From assembly GCA_965228855.1 (NCBI GenBank), contig CBDDIJ010000003.1, positions 480,001-544,000 of the forward strand: a stretch of 64,000 nt of DNA. The letters are read 5' to 3'. The position numbers were made by a program, and so were the translations under genes. The stretch is from Candidatus Obscuribacterales bacterium. GTDB lineage: Bacteria; Cyanobacteriota; Vampirovibrionia; Obscuribacterales; Obscuribacteraceae. This document shows positions 8,400 to 18,250 of this stretch, one piece after another; the stretch's first letter is position 1; every line of letters starts with the position of its first letter. Below the pieces are notes generated by a model, which was not told where the DNA came from, did no database searches, and saw only the letters and a list, made by a program, of their open reading frames with translations.

Positions 8400-10595
8400 A
8401 TGCGAGTTCTACCTGGTAAACCTTATCCCCTCGGCGCGACCTGGGATGGCTTGGGCGTCAATTTTGCGATCTTCTCGGAAAACGCCAGTCGCGTTGAGCT
8501 GTGCTTCTTCGACTCTCCCGACAGTCGTGTGGAATCACATCGTGTGATTATGCCCGAGTATACGAACCAGGTCTGGCATGTCTACTTAAAGGATGTTCAG
8601 CCCGGTCAGGTTTACGGCTACCGAGTTTATGGACCTAATAACCCCAAAGAGGGTTTTCGGTTCAATCCATACAAGATTCTCATTGACCCATACGCTAAGT
8701 TGATTGCACGACCTCTTGTATGGCATGAGAGTCTCTACGGCTACACTATCGGGCATAAGGACAAAGACCTCAGTTTCGACAAACGGGACAGCGCACCATA
8801 TGCGCCACTGTGCGCCGTAGTCGACGATGCTTTTACCTGGTCGAACGACGCTCGTCCGAACACTCCGTGGTACAAAACCGTTATCTACGAAGCACATGTA
8901 AAAGGGCTTTCCAAGCTACACCCGTTGATTCCGGCGGAACTGCAGGGCACATACATGGGTCTGGCGTCCGAGCCTGTGATTCGACATCTAAAAACTCTAG
9001 GCGTCACCGCAATCGAATTGATGCCGATTCATCATCGCGTCGATGATCACAGGCTGGTCTCAGCCGGAATGGCTAATTATTGGGGCTACAACACACTTTC
9101 GTTTTTTGCTCCGGACATTCGATATTCACGTCCGGGAAGTTCTTTGAACGCCGTTCAAGAATTCAAAATGATGGTTCGTACCCTTCACGCGGCCGGAATC
9201 GAAGTGATACTGGATGTGGTGTACAACCATACGGCTGAAGGCAGCGAACTCGGACCCACTCTTTCATTTCGTGGAATCGACAATCTTTGTTATTACAGAA
9301 CGCAGCTCGACGAGCGGCGCTACTATATGGACTATACCGGTTGCGGCAACACGCTCAACATGATTCATCCGAACGTGTTGCAGTTGATCATGGATAGCCT
9401 GCGTTACTGGGTCGAGGAAATGCACGTTGATGGTTTCCGATTTGACCTTGCCAGTGCACTTGCTCGAGAGTTATTCGATGTTGATAAACTGTCCGCGTTT
9501 TTCGACGTCATTCAGCAAGATCCGGTAATTTCTCGCGTCAAACTGATTGCAGAACCTTGGGATCTCGGTATGGGTGGTTACCAGGTGGGCAATTTCCCTG
9601 TTCTCTGGACGGAATGGAATGGGAAATATCGTGACACCATACGCCGCTTCTGGCGCGGGGATGCCGGCGAACTCGGGGAAATGGCGACTCGGATGACCGG
9701 TAGCAGCGATCTATACGAACACAGCGGAAGAAGCCCCCACGCCAGCATTAACTTTGTCACCGCCCATGATGGCTTCACTCTGAATGATCTTGTTAGTTAT
9801 AACCACAAACATAACCTGGCCAACTTGGAAAACAACAGGGACGGTGAGGAGCACAATAGCAGCTGGAACTGTGGTGTCGAGGGCGTTACCTCGGATGAAG
9901 ATGTCATTGCGGTTCGGCTACGCCAGCGCAAAAATTTCATCGCCACGCTGATGCTTTCGATCGGGGTTCCGATGATAAGCGGTGGTGATGAACTTGGACG
10001 GACTCAATCAGGTAATAATAATGCGTACTGTCATGATAGCGAATTGAGCTGGACGCATTGGAACCTGGACGAGAATGACAAGGAATTTCTCCGCTTCTTC
10101 AAGACGATCGCGTCAATCAGAAAGTCTCAACCGGTTTTGCAGAGGCGGCGGTTTTTCCGGGGGCGCGTTGGAAGCGTCGCTGAAAATATTCGTGATGTAA
10201 TCTGGCTCAATGCCGACGGTTCCGAGATGACGCAAGCTGACTGGCAGCAGAGCGACCGCCGATATCTTGGTGTCATATACGATGGCAAAGAGATCGACGA
10301 TTTCGATGAGGAAGGTAACCTTCTTGTTGGCAGCAGCTTGTTGATCTTGATGAACGCATTTTGGAAGGATATCGAGTTTACTTTGCCGCCCAGAGAAACA
10401 GAGTCTTACGCGCGCTCCAGCATCTTCCTGGCTGACAATCTATGCTGGAAACTTCTTGCCGAGACCTCCGGAAATCTTTCTCCCAGTTGCTGGGAATTGA
10501 GTTCGATGTTTCTTCTGGAAGCACGCAGTTTGGCAGTGTTCGAACTCGGCGCGAAGGACGAAAACCTGCCGTACAGCTCCGAACTCATTCACTAG
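8400..10595 (+). CDS. glgX: Glycogen debranching enzyme (isoamylase, GH13)
   Basis: PYPLGATWDG.GVNFA, YWGYNT, DVVYNHT, DGFRFDLA, LIAEPWD, NFVTAHDGFTL and GNNNAYC. Confidence 0.97.
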   Translation: MRVLPGKPYPLGATWDGLGVNFAIFSENASRVELCFFDSPDSRVESHRVIMPEYTNQVWHVYLKDVQPGQVYGYRVYGPNNPKEGFRFNPYKILIDPYAKLIARPLVWHESLYGYTIGHKDKDLSFDKRDSAPYAPLCAVVDDAFTWSNDARPNTPWYKTVIYEAHVKGLSKLHPLIPAELQGTYMGLASEPVIRHLKTLGVTAIELMPIHHRVDDHRLVSAGMANYWGYNTLSFFAPDIRYSRPGSSLNAVQEFKMMVRTLHAAGIEVILDVVYNHTAEGSELGPTLSFRGIDNLCYYRTQLDERRYYMDYTGCGNTLNMIHPNVLQLIMDSLRYWVEEMHVDGFRFDLASALARELFDVDKLSAFFDVIQQDPVISRVKLIAEPWDLGMGGYQVGNFPVLWTEWNGKYRDTIRRFWRGDAGELGEMATRMTGSSDLYEHSGRSPHASINFVTAHDGFTLNDLVSYNHKHNLANLENNRDGEEHNSSWNCGVEGVTSDEDVIAVRLRQRKNFIATLMLSIGVPMISGGDELGRTQSGNNNAYCHDSELSWTHWNLDENDKEFLRFFKTIASIRKSQPVLQRRRFFRGRVGSVAENIRDVIWLNADGSEMTQADWQQSDRRYLGVIYDGKEIDDFDEEGNLLVGSSLLILMNAFWKDIEFTLPPRETESYARSSIFLADNLCWKLLAETSGNLSPSCWELSSMFLLEARSLAVFELGAKDENLPYSSELIH

Positions 10596-10667
10596 ACCAT
10601 TCCAATCCAATTATTCAAATGACTGTATGTCTCGGGCACGTTCCAAACCGGTGATGCTTCGGCTGAA

Positions 10668-11249
10668 CTACTCTCGCGGCGTCTGTCCAAGCTCGTTCTC
10701 AATAACGTTAGTTCCAAACACCTTTTGAGTTTTAATGATAAATGGCAGGCAGAGCATAAACGATAGCAAACCCTGCATTAGGCAAGCCTCGAGAAGATCC
10801 AGTTCGTCTGAGAACAAAAGCTTATCTTTGAAGAACGTGGCAACCAGTGCAAAAGTTATCGCTGGCACCACGCATGGTGTCAATGAAATAAGCCACCTTG
10901 GTTGGTTGCCCAGCAAAACACGAATTGCGATCGCTTTGGCGATGTCCGGATTACGAACGTCAGACATCGAGAGCTTCCGAAGGTTTTGGGCAACTACGAA
11001 CATTATGGCAAAGTAGCCGCTTATCGCTAAAAATAGAAAAGTTACGAGGATGAATGCCACAGCGAAGATAAACAGGAACAGACCCTGATCCGTAAGTGAC
11101 CCGGTCCACGATATATTGAGCACCGATGGAAGTACCAGGTTCATATTTAGTACTACTGCGATCATCTGCGAAATCGCATAAAGCGGCGAGCTGAATGGAT
11201 ACTCAGGTCGTTTCGTCGGAATATTTTGTTGCGGAAGCTCTTTGACCAA
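10668..11249 (-). CDS. Hypothetical membrane protein (about 4 TM)
   Basis: 193-aa ORF with several hydrophobic segments, filling the gap between glgX and the kinase. Confidence 0.6.
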   Translation of the reverse strand: MVKELPQQNIPTKRPEYPFSSPLYAISQMIAVVLNMNLVLPSVLNISWTGSLTDQGLFLFIFAVAFILVTFLFLAISGYFAIMFVVAQNLRKLSMSDVRNPDIAKAIAIRVLLGNQPRWLISLTPCVVPAITFALVATFFKDKLLFSDELDLLEACLMQGLLSFMLCLPFIIKTQKVFGTNVIENELGQTPRE

Positions 11250-11408
11250 AGTAAAACCAAAACGAACTCATAAAGTATTCTACCAGCCTCTAGCCCCAGT
11301 AGATAACCCTTTCAGCATATTTGCAGGAGCTTTCAATTCGCTTCCAAAGCGGATTCCATCTGGATTGATATCAGTCCGCTTGCTGCACACTTTCGAGGCA
11401 AAACGCGG

Positions 11409-12494
11409 TTAGAGAAGGTGATTTATTTTCGCCAGGAATACTAGAGTGCCAATCCCCGCCGTCAACAACAAAATTGCGATTACGAATAAAATCACGAGTT
11501 TTGATCGTGGGCAGGTCGCAGGCAAGGGGCGCGCAGGTGTCTGTTCATTCCGGAAACATTCTTTATTCCTGATCAGTTCAGCTGCACTCTTCAGCATCTC
11601 GAGCATTTCATCTGCTGTTTGAAATCGATCTTCCGGATTTTTCGCTACCGCTCTGGCTACTATCTCTTCCAAGATAGGAAGGAAACTGCGTCTTGGTGCT
11701 GCTTCCGACAGGGTCGGCGGTGGCATCATCACATGCATGCTCATGGTTTGAAGAGACGTTTTCCCTAAGAAAAGTGGTTCGCCAGTCAACAACTCAAACA
11801 TAATGCAGCCAGTCGAGTAGATGTCGCTGCGGGTATCAAGGTGTTGTCCTTTCACTTGTTCCGGACTCATGTAGACCGGGCTTCCAACAATGTGACCGGT
11901 TTTTGTGATTGGGCGGGCCGGTTCGACCGGTATCGCCAGCTTGGCTAACCCGAAGTCTAAAATCTTGACGGACGGGTTGTCGCTTTCGATCTCGTCGACC
12001 ATGATGTTCGCAGTCTTCAAATCCCTGTGTACAAGAGCGTTTGCGTGAATTGCCCTGAGCCCTTCGCATATCAGGATTGCGATTTGAACAGCCTTACCCG
12101 CAACGAGCGGACCTCGCTCCTGGACTGCTCGGCGGAGGGTCGAACCGTCGACGAATTCCATCACCATGTATGGGCGTTCGTCGGGCGTCATGCCGAAGTC
12201 GTACATCTGGACGCAATTTTCATGTTTTACTGCGCAGGCGGCGAGCGCACCGCGATGAAACCTGCGCAGTTCCTCATCAGAAACAATCTGCTCAGTCAGA
12301 ACTTTGATTGCGACTGGTCTTCTCAGAGCTCGGTCATTAGCCTTGTAAACTGAGCAAGAACCGTGTTTGGCCAGGCATTTGATTAATTCGTATCGCCCGG
12401 CTAGTGCATGATCTGAGTCGTTATTGGTTGATAAATCTACATCCGTGGTCATGGTCGTGTGCCAAAGTAACAAACCCTGTCTCAAGTCGAACAC
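11409..12494 (-). CDS. Hanks-type Ser/Thr protein kinase with C-terminal TM (start possibly ATG 12452)
   Basis: VAIKVL, HRDLKTANI, DFGLAK, GSPVYMSPEQ, DIYSTG and a C-terminal hydrophobic helix. Confidence 0.9.
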   Translation of the reverse strand: MFDLRQGLLLWHTTMTTDVDLSTNNDSDHALAGRYELIKCLAKHGSCSVYKANDRALRRPVAIKVLTEQIVSDEELRRFHRGALAACAVKHENCVQMYDFGMTPDERPYMVMEFVDGSTLRRAVQERGPLVAGKAVQIAILICEGLRAIHANALVHRDLKTANIMVDEIESDNPSVKILDFGLAKLAIPVEPARPITKTGHIVGSPVYMSPEQVKGQHLDTRSDIYSTGCIMFELLTGEPLFLGKTSLQTMSMHVMMPPPTLSEAAPRRSFLPILEEIVARAVAKNPEDRFQTADEMLEMLKSAAELIRNKECFRNEQTPARPLPATCPRSKLVILFVIAILLLTAGIGTLVFLAKINHLL

Positions 12495-12624
12495 GGGTGC
12501 TGGGCCGGGTGGAAAGAAGACAGAGGTTTAGGATTAGTAAGTTCGAAATGCGAAAGAGGCCAGCACCTTATCCATAATTCTATTTATAGAATGTGGCTAA
12601 AAAGTACCTTGACAGCCTGCGGAT

Positions 12625-13392
12625 TTAATTTTTGCCTGAGGCTCCAGCCGTTTCCGTGTGTGAATTAGTCGGTGGTTCGGTGACGGTTAACCAGTTTAAC
12701 TGTTTGATCGGTTTCGCTTTCTCGTTGCCGATGTCCAGCAAGGCTCCGGAATCTGGATCTCTAATCCAGCTTTCTTTCCATGGACCCATGTCGGTGTAGA
12801 GGAGGTCTTGCACTCCGAGTGCCACCATATCCGATGCAAACTTTTGCAGAGTAATCCAGCTTTTGCTTTCCACCAGAATCGGTGCGCCGCTCGAAAGGTG
12901 TCCGATTGCTCTTCGTAAATACTTGCCCTTATCTTTGAATACTTGTGCGTTCCGGTCTTTTACGATCGTGAATTGTTGAAACAAACATCCGCCCTTTCGG
13001 GCTATCTTATCGAGATATTGCGGGGTGAAACCGGCACCGTTATTGGTATCAATAAGTTTGAACTTCCCTCCCAAAATTTCAAGCGCGCCGCCCAGTTTTG
13101 GATTGACCCGGTTGTGAACTTCGCCGTTAAAGACCAGCACACCGATTGGCTTTTCATCGGCTGTGACAAAACCAGCGGGAATGGCAACAAGGATTTCCGG
13201 ATTTTCGCGTTTCGGTTTTTCAACCGTAAAATTTACCGATGCTCCGTTCAAAAGTACAAAAAGATATTTCTCTCCGGATGGCGCAGTTCTAGTCTCCAAA
13301 CTGAGCGGATTTGCTGCCATAACCGGCATTCCGCAGCCAACAAAGAACACTGCGGCGAGTAAAGACGAAAGTTTAGTACGATGCAAATTCAA
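12625..13392 (-). CDS. Secreted hypothetical protein, possibly phosphodiester glycosidase (NAGPA)-like
   Basis: Signal peptide; motifs PAGF..PIG, RRAIG and LGVQDLLYTDMG resemble a degenerate NAGPA-family pattern. Confidence 0.55.
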   Translation of the reverse strand: MNLHRTKLSSLLAAVFFVGCGMPVMAANPLSLETRTAPSGEKYLFVLLNGASVNFTVEKPKRENPEILVAIPAGFVTADEKPIGVLVFNGEVHNRVNPKLGGALEILGGKFKLIDTNNGAGFTPQYLDKIARKGGCLFQQFTIVKDRNAQVFKDKGKYLRRAIGHLSSGAPILVESKSWITLQKFASDMVALGVQDLLYTDMGPWKESWIRDPDSGALLDIGNEKAKPIKQLNWLTVTEPPTNSHTETAGASGKN

Positions 13393-13815
13393 TTACTTTG
13401 CATATTGTTCTGCGAGATCTCCGATGATTGGCAGCTTATACATCTCGCGTTGATTTGCCTTGAGCATCAGCACTACGCTCACGATGAACCAGACGGCGCA
13501 AATGCCGAACCACGCCAGACCGCTGATAATCGCGAAAATCCCTCCAAGTACAGGAATCGCAGACAACAGTCCCACGATGTACACGGCGATATTGCCGACG
13601 ACAAGGACGCCCAATAGCATCAATGATTGAATTGCATGAAAGCGAACGAACAGGTTTGCTTTGGGCTCTGTCATTAGCCAGACGATGCCCGCAATAAGGC
13701 TGAACATCGGCACCGGCAAGTAACAGATAAGTGCGGCGACGTTGTAGTCCAAACCCAATGTCTGTGTGGTTCCGACTAATTCATGCTTGGTTTTGTCCGG
13801 AAATTGATTGTTCAT
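13393..13815 (-). CDS. DUF4870-like membrane protein
   Basis: GLDYNVAALICY, FVRFHAIQS and YKLPIIGDLA with three TM segments. Confidence 0.8.
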   Translation of the reverse strand: MNNQFPDKTKHELVGTTQTLGLDYNVAALICYLPVPMFSLIAGIVWLMTEPKANLFVRFHAIQSLMLLGVLVVGNIAVYIVGLLSAIPVLGGIFAIISGLAWFGICAVWFIVSVVLMLKANQREMYKLPIIGDLAEQYAK

Positions 13816-13980
13816 GACCCTGCCTTAGTACCTATTGGGGAGCCCCATTCACTTCCGTGATTCTACGCGAATTCGGTGGAAATTAGCCGAAAAACTTGAG
13901 ATGTCAGCATGTCATAATTAACCTGAGATGCTGTTTGCTGGTGTTTAACAGCGTTTTAACTGACCTCGTTCGACCGCCAG

Positions 13981-14877
13981 GTGAAAGAAGGATTCAAGAT
14001 AGTGAAACGATTTGTCGCTTGTTCTCTGTTAATTATGCTCGGAATGGGTTTCAGTCCGCTGGCGGCGTCTGCTCAATTGCTCACTTCTCCGTCAAACGAA
14101 CCCGAGGTCGCTGAGCCGAAAAAAGAAGATCCTGTGGTGAAAAAGGAAGAAGCGAAAAGCGATGGCTCGTCCGATTCGAAGGATGAGAAAAAGGCGAAAA
14201 AAGCGAAAGAAAGTTCGGATAAGGCTGCGAAAAAGGCTGCTGCTGCTGCCAAGAAGGCTGATGCGGCGGCAAAGAAAACCGCTGAAGAAGCGAAGAAAAA
14301 CAGCGACGCGTCCGCAGACACGTCGTCCTCGGCAAAACCCAATAAAGCGGGGCGACCAGACGACCGGATGCAAACTCCTGATGCGGAAGACATAAAACTT
14401 CTTGAGCAAAGGCTCGAGAAGAAAGCCGCTAAGAAGTCTAAGAAGGATGAGAATGATTCTTCTAAGAAGGCGGATAACAACACGGATAAAAAGGCGGACG
14501 ATAAACCTACGGACAGCAAGGGTACGAAAAAAGCATCTGAGGGGGACGACAGTATAGGCACCGAATCCGGTGATAAGCCTGTTAAAGCAGATAAGGTTCC
14601 CTTCGGTAAACGCATGGCTTCGTTTACCTGTGGAGCGGTTTTAGGTTATCCGGTAGCTATGGCAAAACGAAGCGTGTACCAGACGAGAAATGGCACTCGT
14701 GATTTCGTCGGGGAAACTCGCAACCCCTTCCTTCTGATACCGGCTGTGGTGGTGAGCGCCCCCTATGGATTTGTAGGTGGTTTTTTTGAAGGCGCTCAGT
14801 ATTCAGTAATGAATAGCTGGAAAGCCAGTGGGGAAGAGCCGTTCAGCAAAGAGACCTTCAGTCTCGACGACGATTAA
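13981..14877 (+). CDS. Secreted/membrane hypothetical protein with a long K/A/D/S-rich low-complexity linker
   Basis: Signal peptide, KKAAAAAKK-type linker and a hydrophobic, globular-looking C-terminal domain. Confidence 0.7.
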   Translation: MKEGFKIVKRFVACSLLIMLGMGFSPLAASAQLLTSPSNEPEVAEPKKEDPVVKKEEAKSDGSSDSKDEKKAKKAKESSDKAAKKAAAAAKKADAAAKKTAEEAKKNSDASADTSSSAKPNKAGRPDDRMQTPDAEDIKLLEQRLEKKAAKKSKKDENDSSKKADNNTDKKADDKPTDSKGTKKASEGDDSIGTESGDKPVKADKVPFGKRMASFTCGAVLGYPVAMAKRSVYQTRNGTRDFVGETRNPFLLIPAVVVSAPYGFVGGFFEGAQYSVMNSWKASGEEPFSKETFSLDDD

Positions 14878-14887
14878 GAGGTTAAAA

Positions 14888-16966
14888 CTAAACCGTCGGT
14901 CTGATGTGTTCTTGCGTGACACGAATTGCTCGGCGACGGCTTAGCTCCGTCACCACATGAGAGAGTATAGTCTCGATTCGAACGCAACCTACCAGGTGGT
15001 CGTTTTCGTCAACTACTGGTAAGTTCTTCAATCCGTGCTCTCGCATTGTGTTGACCGCACATGCGGTTCCCTCGCCTCGTTTTATAACTATCGGTTCGTG
15101 TCCCATGATGTGGTGCACGCGGACGACATCATCCTGTCCGACCTCGAATGTGGAGGCCGCTTCAATCGTCCTGAGCAGATCACTTCTGGTGACGACCCCG
15201 ACTACTTTGTCCGAGGCGTCAAGGACGCAACAGAAGTCGAGGCGATGCTGACAAAAAAGTTCTAAGATGCCGTCCAGAAAATAATCGGTTCGCAACACTT
15301 CGCCTGGAACCGGCTCCATCACATCTTCAAGAGAGAGGGTATCCAACACCTTGCGCACATCCGGTAGGTCTTTCCAGACGTTGCGCCGACGCCTGACTGC
15401 TTTGGCAATCGCGTCTCTGAGCGGACCGAGATTCGCAGACATTTCCGTAAACAAACTTCTGCCCATGGTGACCACAAGGACGTTAGAACGTGCGCGTACC
15501 GAGGCATTTCTACTCCTGCTCGTAACAAGCGCGGCCTCTCCGAAGAAATCCCCTGGACCCAGAACCGCTACCACCTCCTCAGAGCCCTTTTCCTGATTGT
15601 AGGTTACAACTTCGACATCACCCATCTCGATAACGAAAAAGTCCGTAGCCGGATCTCCCTGTTTAAATATGTAGTCACCCGCGCCGTAGAATGCTCGTGA
15701 TACCGCCCGTGATGTGTCTGTTTTCACATAGACCAGGTCGCGTGGGAAAACCAGATCGCAGAACCATTCGATTCCAACTTTAATGCGCTGCACCATTGAT
15801 GGTAGCTTGAACAGGTAAATCGCGCGCCACATAAACCAGGCGATAAAACCTGAGAATAACATGCCCTGAATTTCGGCTACAGCATTGTGTCCGCCGATGG
15901 CGCAAAGGCTGCCTTGTGAAATATGTGAAAATGGCTTGGTCGGTTTTCCATTGATGGTGTTGACTATGTTGTGAGCGAGTTGCACTCCCTGGCGCTCCGC
16001 AAACTGGGCAACCGGCGGGCTCAATTGACCGCTAGCTTCGTTGGGAACTGCCGCACAATCGCCGATCGCCCAGACATTTCGGAAGCCCGGAACGTTCATA
16101 TCTTTTGTTGTAGCGATCCGTCCTTTGATGTTCTCTACGGGCAGCCTCGCGACCAGAGGGTGCGGCGTGGTGCCAATGGTGCAGACAATGGTGGCAGAGG
16201 GGATCAGTTCTCCGGAGTCCAGAGTCACTCCTTCACGCGATGCCTGCACAGCGCGCACGCCGAGGTGAAATTTCACTCCGTGTTTTTCCATCTCGCGCTG
16301 CGCGAAATCCCGAAGGCTGGAATTGACTTCCGGTAAAATCTGTTGTCCAGAGTGAATCAGATTCACGGTAATCATGTCGCCGGTGAGCGTTTCGAAGAAC
16401 TTGCTCGACTTTCGCACAAATTCATTTATTTCACCGGCTACTTCGACGCCACTGAATCCGCCACCAATTACGGTAAATGTCAGATACCAGTCTCGCTTGC
16501 GCGGATCGTCGCAAACTTCTGCCTTCTCCATCATATCGATGATGTGGGCCTGCAGCTTGAGCGCGTCTCCCACATTTTTCAACGGGAATGCTTGCTCGTC
16601 CATTCCGGGCACGATTCCGAAATTAGCTCTGTTGCCGCAGGCGATTACGAGATGGTCGTAAAACATTTGTCTGCGTGTGCGATCGTAGGCCTCGTACTCG
16701 ATGAAGTTCTTTTCGAGATCGACGTTGATCACTTCTTCCGTGCGGCACTTCACGCCATGCAGGAGCTGGCGGAGCGGTGCCGCGACGTGTTTTGTCTGAA
16801 TCGCAGCAGAAGCGACTTCAGCTAGAAGTGGATGAAACACCATATGATTTTCCCGATTGAACACAACCAGTCGGTAGTGTTCTTTCGGGAGAAGTTTCCT
16901 CAGCGTCTTTGCGCATTTAACTCCGGCGAATCCGCCGCCGAGAATCACGATAGTCGCTTTCGACAT
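14888..16966 (-). CDS. Type II NADH dehydrogenase-like flavoprotein fused to cNMP-binding and CBS-pair domains
   Basis: GGGFAG (FAD), GGGFSGVEVAGE (NAD), WAIGDCA and AQFAERQG; cNMP domain IFKQGD..GDFFGEAAL..RNASVRA; two CBS motifs VVGVVTRSDLL and LPVVDENDHLVG. Confidence 0.9.
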   Translation of the reverse strand: MSKATIVILGGGFAGVKCAKTLRKLLPKEHYRLVVFNRENHMVFHPLLAEVASAAIQTKHVAAPLRQLLHGVKCRTEEVINVDLEKNFIEYEAYDRTRRQMFYDHLVIACGNRANFGIVPGMDEQAFPLKNVGDALKLQAHIIDMMEKAEVCDDPRKRDWYLTFTVIGGGFSGVEVAGEINEFVRKSSKFFETLTGDMITVNLIHSGQQILPEVNSSLRDFAQREMEKHGVKFHLGVRAVQASREGVTLDSGELIPSATIVCTIGTTPHPLVARLPVENIKGRIATTKDMNVPGFRNVWAIGDCAAVPNEASGQLSPPVAQFAERQGVQLAHNIVNTINGKPTKPFSHISQGSLCAIGGHNAVAEIQGMLFSGFIAWFMWRAIYLFKLPSMVQRIKVGIEWFCDLVFPRDLVYVKTDTSRAVSRAFYGAGDYIFKQGDPATDFFVIEMGDVEVVTYNQEKGSEEVVAVLGPGDFFGEAALVTSRSRNASVRARSNVLVVTMGRSLFTEMSANLGPLRDAIAKAVRRRRNVWKDLPDVRKVLDTLSLEDVMEPVPGEVLRTDYFLDGILELFCQHRLDFCCVLDASDKVVGVVTRSDLLRTIEAASTFEVGQDDVVRVHHIMGHEPIVIKRGEGTACAVNTMREHGLKNLPVVDENDHLVGCVRIETILSHVVTELSRRRAIRVTQEHIRPTV

Positions 16967-16986
16967 ATGAGGTTTGCCTCATGGTG

Positions 16987-18159
16987 TTAGTCTGAACCAC
17001 CTAGCGATTCAGTGTTTTTCAAGTTCTCCGAGGTATCCTGGTCACCGGGACCTCCCGAGCCGTTGGAATCGGTCAGGAAAGTTTCTTCCATCCAGCGATC
17101 CGGGTTTTTCGGATCGTCTTCAAAGCGAATGTCTTTGGGTAGCGACGGATTGAAGAATTGCGCGCGCTTTATATCTTCTCGTGCCAAAATCGACTTCCCT
17201 TCTTTGTGCCAGAGAAAGGCGCGCGCCATGTAATAGTTTGCCTGGTTTGGATCGATTCTGATGGCGTCCTCTAAAGCTTGCATGGCGAGCCCATTGCTGC
17301 CGAGCTGCATTAAGGCTTTTGCTTTGTGATAGAAAAGATCAGAATTTGTCGGATCTAGTTTTAACGCTGCATCGAAATCCTCGAGAGCTTGCTTGGCGTT
17401 TTTCAACTTGTAGTATTCACGACCTCTGCTCTTCTTCAAATCTGCGTTGTCCGGATCGTATTGAAGCGCTTTATCGTAATCTTTGACTGCATCTTCCGGT
17501 CTGGATATGCCACTGAATGCGGTGCCACGATGAATGTAACCAACATTGTAATCAGGAGCCAGCTCGATAGCGTAGCTGTAATCTTTCAGGGCATCCTCGT
17601 TCTTTCCGAGAACTTTCATGATGTCGCCGCGCCCGATGAGGGCGTTGACGTTTTTCGGATCGTGCTTAAGGGCCTGGTTGTAGTTTGTCAGAGCGACATC
17701 ATTTTTACCAGTCGCCATGTAGGAATCACCTAGCCCGCGATAGGCATCAGACAGTTTCGCATCCAGAGTAATTGCTTTTTGAAAATCTTCAATTGCTTGT
17801 GGATGGTTGTTTAGCTTGGCGCGAGTGATGCCACGCGACAGATAACCGGCGGCATTGTTAGGGTCATACTGAATTGCTGCGGTAAAATCCGCTTCGGCCA
17901 GTTGATATTTTTTCTCTTCGAAGAAACACTGACCTCTGCGCATAAACGCGCGCGGATCGGTCGCTGCCATGCCGATTGACATATCGAACGACTGGATCGC
18001 GTCAGCATAATTCTTCTCTTTCATCTGTTGGACGCCGGCGTCGTAATAGCTTCCCGCTGTTTCACCGTCGGCCCAGGCCGGTAGGCTTGAAAGTGCAAGC
18101 ATAGAGCCGCTCACGACAAGCCCCGCCATAACTTTCTTGTTCCAGCTTTTGTCAAACAT
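16987..18159 (-). CDS. Secreted TPR-repeat protein
   Basis: Signal peptide after ATG 18159 (GGGAGG RBS) and about 9 TPR motifs (A..RG..Y..A..DF..AI..DP). Confidence 0.88.
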   Translation of the reverse strand: MFDKSWNKKVMAGLVVSGSMLALSSLPAWADGETAGSYYDAGVQQMKEKNYADAIQSFDMSIGMAATDPRAFMRRGQCFFEEKKYQLAEADFTAAIQYDPNNAAGYLSRGITRAKLNNHPQAIEDFQKAITLDAKLSDAYRGLGDSYMATGKNDVALTNYNQALKHDPKNVNALIGRGDIMKVLGKNEDALKDYSYAIELAPDYNVGYIHRGTAFSGISRPEDAVKDYDKALQYDPDNADLKKSRGREYYKLKNAKQALEDFDAALKLDPTNSDLFYHKAKALMQLGSNGLAMQALEDAIRIDPNQANYYMARAFLWHKEGKSILAREDIKRAQFFNPSLPKDIRFEDDPKNPDRWMEETFLTDSNGSGGPGDQDTSENLKNTESLGGSD

Positions 18160-18250
18160 CAATTTTAGCCCTCCCGGCACCCCTATTTCTGTTATCGCAC
18201 CGATTTGCATCGATCGATGAAGTCGTGTTCGATTTTGTTTATATGCCACG

